Below, piece after piece: positions 58,027 to 64,000 of a DNA stretch of 64,000 bases. The notes beneath the pieces were generated by a model. It was not told the DNA's origin and made no database searches. It saw only the letters and a program-made list of their open reading frames with translations. Source of the stretch: Microgenomates group bacterium GW2011_GWC1_46_15 (GTDB lineage Bacteria > Patescibacteriota > Microgenomatia > UBA1400 > UBA12028); contig LCLX01000001.1 in NCBI GenBank assembly GCA_001002285.1, positions 316,895-380,894 on the forward strand. Direction: 5' to 3'. Made by a program: the position numbers and the translations under genes. How positions within the stretch are numbered: the first letter of the stretch is position 1; the number at the start of each line of letters is the position of its first letter.

Positions 58027-59505
58027 TTATTTCGCGACTTGTTTTGTTTTATACACCGTAATTGCATCGTTGATTTTCACCGTTTCTAGAATAGTAAGGT
58101 GTTTTGCGACACGGTCCCACCACGGATCAAAAAACTGTTTGTGGTCGAACTTTTCAACAATCAAGATAATAAACTCCGGCTTTTGTGTGTTTGCTGGAAC
58201 GTGCTTCTGTGGGATATATGTGATCTCCCCCGGAGCGTAACTAAACTCAGTAGGAAGCGGTTTCCCTTTTAGATTTTCTGTTAGGTACAGCAGTTGGTAT
58301 GTGTAGTCATAAATCTCAGGAACGAATTGGTATGAAGAAAATGGTTTGCCATCACTCATTGCATACGCGGTTTCAATAGCTTTGAGCTTTGGAGCCAGTA
58401 GAATACGATCGGTTTGTGCGAGAGAACGATAGTTCTGCCAAGATCCATACATACTCCCCACGCTCAAAATAAGAAATGCTATCACGATGTGAGGTTTATA
58501 CTTTGGAATAACAGACTCAACTGCTTTTGAGAAAAGATAAATCCAAAGAGGGGTAAGCGCGACTAGATAATATGGTTTGATTGGAAGGTCTAAATAGAGA
58601 AGAAATGTTCCAGCAAGAATGAGAAGAAGAACGCGGTACTCATATACTTTGCGATTTTTATAGAGAAAGAATAATACAAGCAAAACGCTTGCAACGGACA
58701 ACGCCATATTTGCTAAAGGAAGCGTGCTTAAGTGGATGTTGTCATAAAAGTACCGCGCAACCTCGACAATTCTGGCAGGTCCATCACTATTCGGTTGAAT
58801 GATTGCTGATTGTTCACGGTAGCGTGTTACAAAGTTCATAACGGCGCGGGTCTGCAGAAAATCATGACGGAGTTCAAACATCGCGGAAGGGGCGAGTGTT
58901 ATAAAGAAAGCAACGCACATCAAAACGAATTGTTTGAGTTGCATCTTCATTTTTGAAAGGAAGAGCAAAACGATCACAAGCGGGAGAAACACAATCGCAA
59001 ACGCCACTTCAAAATGGAACATAAGAGAAGAAAAAAACGCGATGCCCATAAGAACCCAAGTGTTGGCATATTTTCCAGATTTCAACTTTTTCAAAAGCAA
59101 AAAAACCGGCAAAGTACAAAAGGAAGTCATATACGGAGTCCACGCGGTTTGTTGACTCGCTATGACGCTAATAGATACAGCATACAAAAAAGCGGAAAAC
59201 CTTCCGACGTACCGGTAAAACACATACAGCGTAATAAGTGAGAGGAACAAGACACCAACAACGCTTGCAAGCGGGTGAAAACCGCCGAGGATATTAAACG
59301 GAAGGGCAATGTAGTACCACGCGGGGCCGTAAAAAAGACCGCTGATGCTTGTCGTCGGGCCAACCAATGCCGGTTTGTGCTGAAGATACATCTCCAACAT
59401 GACTAATGAGTCTTTTGCGCCGTCAAACATAAAGGGAAAGTTTCCACCAAGAATAGGAACAATACGGAGAGCAAGTGCAAAAAGAGCGAGAAGGATAAAC
59501 ACCAT
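58027..59505 (-). CDS. GT-C fold membrane glycosyltransferase (paralog of 13966 and 56521).
   Basis: FPFMFDGAKDSLVMLEMYLQHKPALVGPTTSISGLFYGPAWYYIALPF. Convergent with 56521; the two stop codons form TAATTA. Confidence 0.65.
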   Translation of the reverse strand: MVFILLALFALALRIVPILGGNFPFMFDGAKDSLVMLEMYLQHKPALVGPTTSISGLFYGPAWYYIALPFNILGGFHPLASVVGVLFLSLITLYVFYRYVGRFSAFLYAVSISVIASQQTAWTPYMTSFCTLPVFLLLKKLKSGKYANTWVLMGIAFFSSLMFHFEVAFAIVFLPLVIVLLFLSKMKMQLKQFVLMCVAFFITLAPSAMFELRHDFLQTRAVMNFVTRYREQSAIIQPNSDGPARIVEVARYFYDNIHLSTLPLANMALSVASVLLVLFFLYKNRKVYEYRVLLLILAGTFLLYLDLPIKPYYLVALTPLWIYLFSKAVESVIPKYKPHIVIAFLILSVGSMYGSWQNYRSLAQTDRILLAPKLKAIETAYAMSDGKPFSSYQFVPEIYDYTYQLLYLTENLKGKPLPTEFSYAPGEITYIPQKHVPANTQKPEFIILIVEKFDHKQFFDPWWDRVAKHLTILETVKINDAITVYKTKQVAK

Positions 59506-59561
59506 ACGTCAAGAGTATCTCACGTGTTTTCCTTTGCTACAAGCCATCGGAAGAACAGATT

Positions 59562-59771
59562 GATCCATTAAGATCATGTTGATTTTTCCACGCACACTGC
59601 GTATGCTCATCTTCCGTTCACTTCAGTGCACAGTGGACATCTCCCCTATTCGTCACTTGCGCGCAAACAAGCATGCGACAAGTGTCCACACCAACGAATA
59701 CGCACATCGTACACACGAACTGTCCCCTTGGGGACACCAATCGTCCCCCTCTGGGACAAGAAAGGAACGTC
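59562..59771 (+). promoter_or_regulatory. Structured 5' leader B, homologous to leader A. It lies in the divergent region between the minus-strand GT-C gene and small gene B.
   Basis: GTGGACA(59633-39)...CACTTG(59654-59)...CAAGTG(59689-94)/TGTCCAC(59693-99) nested inverted repeat. Hairpins GTCCCC-TT-GGGGAC (59722-35) and GTCCC-CCTCT-GGGAC (59743-57), then AAGAAAGG and the ATG at 59772. Confidence 0.4.
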
Positions 59772-60137
59772 ATGCTTACTTTAGGAGATAAAAAGTGGAT
59801 TAAGGCATATTTTGATGGGTCGTTTGACCGCAAATTTCCCTCAGCCTTCGATAAATCTTTCGATAAATCCTTCGATAAAGCCTTTAAACCAGCCTTTAAA
59901 GAAGCCTTTGGAGAAGTCCATATCTTGCTCCGCAATGATATCGCTCAGTTTAAAGATGATATTCTCACAGAACTTCATCCCCTGCGGGAAGATCATGATG
60001 TTCTCTCATATCATTCATCCGAGCACTCAGATCAACTGGAGAACCATGACCGCCGTATTACCGCGTTGGAGCGCCACAATCCCCGTTCGCCAGTAGCCGC
60101 TGTTTCAGAAAAAGTACGGTTGAAGTACAAAGCGTAA
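59772..60137 (+). CDS. Small protein with Phe-every-4th tetrad repeats (paralog B, with a C-terminal extension).
   Basis: 122 aa: MLTLGDKKWIK...FDRKFPSAFDKSFDKSFDKAFKPAFKEAFGE...LRNDIAQFKDDIL, then an acidic/His-rich tail. The ORF-track start is 59673, and the start at 59772 is supported by paralogy. Confidence 0.55.
   Translation: MLTLGDKKWIKAYFDGSFDRKFPSAFDKSFDKSFDKAFKPAFKEAFGEVHILLRNDIAQFKDDILTELHPLREDHDVLSYHSSEHSDQLENHDRRITALERHNPRSPVAAVSEKVRLKYKA
59835..59918 (+). repeat. In-frame 12-bp tandem repeat (about 7 units) encoding F(D/K)(K/P)(S/A) tetrads.
   Basis: The units are TTTCCCTCAGCC, TTCGATAAATCT, TTCGATAAATCC, TTCGATAAAGCC, TTTAAACCAGCC, TTTAAAGAAGCC, and TTTGGAGAAGTC. Confidence 0.6.
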
Positions 60138-60152
60138 GACAAAACATAATCC

Positions 60153-60167
60153 ATCAGATGCTACAAT
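60153..60167 (+). promoter_or_regulatory. Promoter-like 15-mer ATCAGATGCTACAAT (extended -10 TGnTACAAT), copy 1.
   Basis: An identical 15-mer recurs at 60849..60863. This copy lies 19 nt upstream of the ATG at 60186. Confidence 0.35.
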
Positions 60168-60185
60168 GGCAGTATACTAAGAAGT

Positions 60186-60845
60186 ATGTACCGCAAAGTG
60201 ATATCCCGGATAAATAAGAGTTACTATCTTCACAAACTAAGTGAACCGATTCGCACATTCACCGTGCGGGGGAAACTGTATCGTTATTTTTGTCACCGGT
60301 ACAACACAACATGGTTAAATGAGCGCGCAGTTGAGGTGCCGCTCATATGGTCTGAAGTGCAGCGTTACCCAAACGATCAAGTTCTTGAAGTTGGGAATGT
60401 TTTGTCACATTATTTCCCGACTACTCATCAAGTCGTTGATAAATACGAAACTGCTCCAAAAGTTATGAATCAAGACATTGTTAAATTTCATTCCAAGAAA
60501 AAATTTATGCTTATTGTAAGCATTTCGACCCTAGAACATGTTGGTTGGGACGAATCGCCCCGCGATAAACAGAAAATACTTACTGCCATAAAGGTATTAA
60601 TGCGTTTGTTGCGTCCGGGAGGCACATTGATTATGACATTACCATTAGGATACAATCCTCATTTGGATCAATATCTTCGAACAAATACATTACATTTTGA
60701 TACATCACTCTTTTTAAAACGTACTTCCGCTTTTAACACTTGGCGTGAAGTGAGTAAGCATGTTTTGGAAGAGCATCCTCAGTATAATCACCCTTTTCAA
60801 AATGCCAACGTCATTGTCATCGGTACGTATCGAAAAGAACTATAG
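60186..60845 (+). CDS. Putative SAM-dependent methyltransferase-like protein.
   Basis: VLEVGNVLSHY (degenerate motif I) and ISTLEHVGWDE...LLRPGGTLIMTLP (motif II/III-like). 219 aa. Confidence 0.4.
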   Translation: MYRKVISRINKSYYLHKLSEPIRTFTVRGKLYRYFCHRYNTTWLNERAVEVPLIWSEVQRYPNDQVLEVGNVLSHYFPTTHQVVDKYETAPKVMNQDIVKFHSKKKFMLIVSISTLEHVGWDESPRDKQKILTAIKVLMRLLRPGGTLIMTLPLGYNPHLDQYLRTNTLHFDTSLFLKRTSAFNTWREVSKHVLEEHPQYNHPFQNANVIVIGTYRKEL

Positions 60846-60848
60846 TTG

Positions 60849-60863
60849 ATCAGATGCTACAAT
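60849..60863 (+). promoter_or_regulatory. Promoter-like 15-mer ATCAGATGCTACAAT, copy 2, positioned for a leaderless transcript.
   Basis: TACAAT ends 6 nt before the ATG at 60870. The same -10-to-ATG spacing occurs at TGATACAAT (37572..37580) and the ATG at 37587. Confidence 0.35.
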
Positions 60864-60869
60864 ACGCGC

Positions 60870-61529
60870 ATGCGGATTGTTGTTATTATCCCTGGCTACA
60901 ACGAGGAAAAATACCTTGAAGAAACACTGAGGGGGGTGTTAAAGGTAACTAAAGACGTTATCTATGTTGATGATGGTTCTTCGGACTCTTCTGTGTCTAT
61001 CGCGAAAAAATATCTTACACATGTGTTGGTACACGAAACAAATCTTGGCAAAGGAGCGGCGCTCAAAACGGGATGCGAGTACGCGTTTTCACACCTCAAA
61101 GCAGATGCGGTAGTGTTTATGGACTCGGATAATCAACACAGAGCATCAGATCTTCCCCGCTTTTTTTCAGAGTTAAAAAAGGGAACTCCCGTCGTGTTTG
61201 GTGTGCGTAAGTTTGGTTCCGCGACACCGTTGATGCGTTTTCTCGGCAATAAGTTTGCGTCGGTGCTCATGAGTTTCCTTTATAGGCGATACATTCCAGA
61301 CATTCCGTCTGGCTATAAAGCGATGAATAAATCCGCATATAAAGAATTAGTGTGGAATTCCGCTGGGTATGAGGTAGAAATGGAGATTGCGGTCCGTGTG
61401 GTTCAAAAAAAAATAAAGTACACAGAAATTGAGATTGAGGCGATCTATCACGATAATGACAAAGGGATGACGGCGATTGATGCCCTGCACATCGCAAAAT
61501 GTTTGCTACAATGGAGAATAGGTCTATAA
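60870..61529 (+). CDS. GT2 polyprenyl-phosphate sugar synthase (DPM1/GtrB-like).
   Basis: IVVIIPGYNEE, VDDGSSDSS, MDSDNQH. The ORF-track start is 60846. Confidence 0.7.
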   Translation: MRIVVIIPGYNEEKYLEETLRGVLKVTKDVIYVDDGSSDSSVSIAKKYLTHVLVHETNLGKGAALKTGCEYAFSHLKADAVVFMDSDNQHRASDLPRFFSELKKGTPVVFGVRKFGSATPLMRFLGNKFASVLMSFLYRRYIPDIPSGYKAMNKSAYKELVWNSAGYEVEMEIAVRVVQKKIKYTEIEIEAIYHDNDKGMTAIDALHIAKCLLQWRIGL

Positions 61530-61537
61530 GGAGAGTT

Positions 61538-61861
61538 ATGATTCCACTTCAGGCAATTTCCGTCATTTTCGCTCTTTTCATGTTATATATCGCGCGGATT
61601 CATCACAAAAAAGAACATATTGAAACATTTGAGTATGTGTTATGGGCATTTATCTGGGTTGCATTTATGTTTGCCGCGATTTTTCCACAGACGTTCCAGG
61701 GAATTGCTGAAACACTCAATATTTCACGCGTCTTTGATTTGCTTGTCATTATTGGCATGATGATTCTTACATTCCTCACATTTCAAAACAGAATTTACTT
61801 CAAAAGATTAGAAAAAAAGTTAGAGAATGTAATAAGAAAAAGGGCGATTGATGAAGGGTAA
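61538..61861 (+). CDS. Small membrane protein, DUF2304-like (typical partner of DPM-type GT2 enzymes).
   Basis: About 108 aa with three TM helices: IFPQTFQGIAETLNISRVFDLLVIIG. It lies immediately downstream of a GT2 gene, as in known GT2-DUF2304 pairs. Confidence 0.45.
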   Translation: MIPLQAISVIFALFMLYIARIHHKKEHIETFEYVLWAFIWVAFMFAAIFPQTFQGIAETLNISRVFDLLVIIGMMILTFLTFQNRIYFKRLEKKLENVIRKRAIDEG

Positions 61862-62858
61862 GATTCTTATTACAGGTGCGGCAGGTTTTATCGGAAGCAA
61901 TCTCGTTGATCTTCTTCTTCAAGAAAAAGTCCCAGTGAACGAACTACGATTGTTTGTGTACAACGATGAGTCGCTAGAGAATTTACCCGATTTGCCATTC
62001 GATATTGTGCGTGGGGACATCCGCGACAAACAAACGGTAAACCGTGCGATGGATGGAGTTAAAACGGTATACCATTTAGCAGCGCGGATAGATTTTGATG
62101 GAAAAACATACGAAGAATATGAAGATGTGAACGTGGAAGGAACGCAGAATCTTCTTGATGCATGCCGTGGTAAAAAGATTCAAAAGTTTGTTTTTTTTAG
62201 TAGTATCGGAGTGTTTGGTATGCCGGCAGATACTGGAGATATTCTTGGCTGGGACGAAACACATCCAAAAACGTATACAAACTTTTATGGTAGATCAAAG
62301 TGGGAGGGTGAACAGCGCGTGATGAAGGCGCACAAGCAATGGGGGCTTCCATATGTGATTGTGCGTCCCGCGAGCGTGTATGGTCCCAGAGAAAAAGGTC
62401 CAACATTAGCGCTATATAAGGCGATAAAACATCATGCGTTTGCAATGATCGGAGGCGGAAAAAACGTGATGCATTATGTGTATGTTAAAGATCTCGTAAG
62501 AGGGGTTCGGCAAGCCCAGTTGAGCAAAAAAACATTGGGAAATTATATTCTTGCCGGCGCCGAACCAACACAATTTCGCGATGTTGTCCGTTATGTTGCC
62601 GAAAGTATCAACGAACACGTTCCTCCGTGGCACATTCCCGTGCCAGCTGCGCTCGTGTTGGGATACGGTTTGGGAGCAGTAGGCCGCGCTACAGGAATAA
62701 AACCTCCGCTGTTTCCCTCAAGGGTAAGAACGATGACGACAAGCTATTACTACTCAATCGAAAAAGCAAAAAGGGAGATCCATTATCACCCCGAAACATC
62801 ATTTCAGCAGGGGACACGCGTAACTGGAGCATGGTATCTTGAGCACCACTCTCTATAA
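61848..62858 (+). CDS. NAD-dependent epimerase/dehydratase (SDR).
   Basis: ILITGAAGFIGSNL, YGRSKWEGE (YxxxK). 336 aa. Confidence 0.75.
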   Translation: MMKGKILITGAAGFIGSNLVDLLLQEKVPVNELRLFVYNDESLENLPDLPFDIVRGDIRDKQTVNRAMDGVKTVYHLAARIDFDGKTYEEYEDVNVEGTQNLLDACRGKKIQKFVFFSSIGVFGMPADTGDILGWDETHPKTYTNFYGRSKWEGEQRVMKAHKQWGLPYVIVRPASVYGPREKGPTLALYKAIKHHAFAMIGGGKNVMHYVYVKDLVRGVRQAQLSKKTLGNYILAGAEPTQFRDVVRYVAESINEHVPPWHIPVPAALVLGYGLGAVGRATGIKPPLFPSRVRTMTTSYYYSIEKAKREIHYHPETSFQQGTRVTGAWYLEHHSL

Positions 62859-62869
62859 CGATCATCACT

Positions 62870-63904
62870 ATGAAACATCCTAAAATTTCCGTTATTATCG
62901 TTACACATAACTCTGAGGCATACATTCGGCAATGTTTGGACGCTTTACTTCGTGTAACATACAAACCAATTGACATCTACGTGATTGACAACGTTTCAAC
63001 AGATAACACAACGCGCATACTAAACACATATAAACGAATTCATGCAACGTATCTCACAAAAAATATCGGGTTTGCAGAAGCCAACAATCAAGTGTGGAAC
63101 ACTATTCATGATGAGTATGTGTGCTTACTAAATCCAGACACAGTTGTAGAAAAATCATTTTTCGAATCTCCTCTTGCTGAAATGGAAAAAAATCCGCGTG
63201 TAGGAGCATGCCAGCCAATTGTGTATCTTCTTAAAGATAAAAATACCATCAATCTTACGGGAAAGAAAACACACTTTTTAGGATTTGATTGGATCGCGGG
63301 GTACAAAACAACTCGTGTTCCAATGCAACAGGAAATCACATCGTTTTCCGGATCAGGAGTGCTTTTGCGGTCGTCCGCGCTTCGTGATGTTGGATTTTTC
63401 GACCCATCGTACTTTATGTATTACGAAGATAGTGATTTGGCGTGGAGGATGCGTATGCGTGGATGGAGCATTATGTTTATCCCGCAAAGCAAAATGTTCC
63501 ACGACTACAAATACATGCCGGAGAAAGGAGGACTACATTTTTCAGAAAAGATCTTTTTCAACGAAAGAAATCGACTGATGACCGTGCTGAAAAATTATTC
63601 GTTGTGGACATTGATCTTAATACTTCCCGCTTTTCTTGCAACAGAACTTGGCCTTTTGGTGGTCGCTCTTTTGCAGGGATGGTTTCGTGCAAAGATCCGC
63701 AGTTACTTTTCTCTTTTCATTATGCTTCCTTCTATTTTGAAAAAACGTTCTCTGGCGCAAAAACAAAGAACAGCGCAAGATCGTGATATTGGTCAAGGAT
63801 TTGAAACTGCTATTACGTTTGAAAAGTTCCAGCACCCCCTCGTGCGGTATATCGCAAACCCAATACTCAAGTGGTATTGGGGAATAATTCGACATATCAT
63901 ATAA
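62870..63904 (+). CDS. GT2 glycosyltransferase, WbbL-like.
   Basis: ISVIIVTHNSE, VIDNVSTDNT, YYEDSDLAWR. C-terminal TM segment. Confidence 0.7.
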   Translation: MKHPKISVIIVTHNSEAYIRQCLDALLRVTYKPIDIYVIDNVSTDNTTRILNTYKRIHATYLTKNIGFAEANNQVWNTIHDEYVCLLNPDTVVEKSFFESPLAEMEKNPRVGACQPIVYLLKDKNTINLTGKKTHFLGFDWIAGYKTTRVPMQQEITSFSGSGVLLRSSALRDVGFFDPSYFMYYEDSDLAWRMRMRGWSIMFIPQSKMFHDYKYMPEKGGLHFSEKIFFNERNRLMTVLKNYSLWTLILILPAFLATELGLLVVALLQGWFRAKIRSYFSLFIMLPSILKKRSLAQKQRTAQDRDIGQGFETAITFEKFQHPLVRYIANPILKWYWGIIRHII

Positions 63905-63906
63905 CT

Positions 63907-64000
63907 ATGAACATCGCCGTAACAGGTTTTTCCGGCTTATTGGGTCGCACGTTGCAAGATTGTTGGCATGGAGACGACATTTTTGTTGATATGTACCATC
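63907..64000 (+). CDS. SDR/RmlD-like NAD(P)-binding protein, N-terminal fragment. It continues past the window end.
   Basis: MNIAVTGFSGLLGRTL is a Rossmann GxxGxxG start. Confidence 0.45.
   Translation, partial: MNIAVTGFSGLLGRTLQDCWHGDDIFVDMYH

Noticed and set aside
56271-60137. Diversity-generating retroelement (template/variable repeat pair) suggested by the two similar small genes and leaders.
   Set aside because: There is no reverse transcriptase anywhere in the window. The differences between the copies are not adenine-specific. Both copies are intact genes with their own leaders, so this is an ordinary diverged duplication.
1-64000. CRISPR array or other regularly spaced direct repeats.
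   Set aside because: No repeat-spacer periodicity was found. The only tandem repeats are the 12-bp coding repeats inside the small genes.
1-64000. Alternative genetic code (UGA recoding).
   Set aside because: Numerous genes terminate at TGA exactly where homologs end, including all the ATGA overlap junctions. The standard code explains everything.

Overview
This 64 kb window is almost entirely a cell-envelope glycosylation locus from a bacterium using the standard genetic code. TGA is a stop, and ATGA stop/start overlaps link adjacent genes throughout. Average GC is about 47%, with a few low-GC islands. The organism is not identifiable from sequence alone: LCP, YfhO and PMT-like proteins suggest a monoderm lineage, possibly an uncultivated one.

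The left edge (1..7.5 kb) holds housekeeping genes: a Lon protease C-terminus, a polyprenyl synthase, an RRM RNA-binding protein with an RGG tail and a clean terminator, an LCP family ligase, rmlB-rmlC-rmlD for dTDP-L-rhamnose, and trmD.

From 7.5 kb to the end, nearly every gene is a nucleotide-sugar enzyme, a glycosyltransferase or a polytopic membrane protein. There is a UDP-glucose 6-dehydrogenase interrupted by a 475-aa LAGLIDADG intein at the catalytic Cys. There is a Gmd plus an Rmd/Fcl-like reductase for GDP-6-deoxyhexose, and a GalE-like epimerase. At least 12 GT2 enzymes are present, several of them DPM1/GtrB-like polyprenyl-phosphate sugar synthases, one fused to a GtrA flippase domain. 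There are two GT4 enzymes and a Wzx flippase. About 20 polytopic GT-C-type membrane proteins fall into several families: PMT_2/ArnT-like (including a tandem array of four), a DxD-loop PMT-like trio, GT87/DUF2029-like, YfhO, PIG-V-like, and a family of three with an HDxxH / FPxRW / GYGYP motif.

The items worth a second look are:
- The intein in ugd.
- An A8 tract with an ATGA signature exactly at the junction of an apparent two-domain GT-C 'fusion'.
- Two paralogous small Phe-tetrad-repeat proteins, each preceded by a conserved, heavily structured about 150-200 nt leader, sitting at the head of glycosylation operons.
- A repeated TGnTACAAT promoter-like motif placed for leaderless transcripts.
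- Three low-GC islands on the opposite strand carrying a CPBP protease, an AadA-like aminoglycoside nucleotidyltransferase, and pip plus an IMPase.

No transposase, integrase, CRISPR array, tRNA or rRNA was seen.
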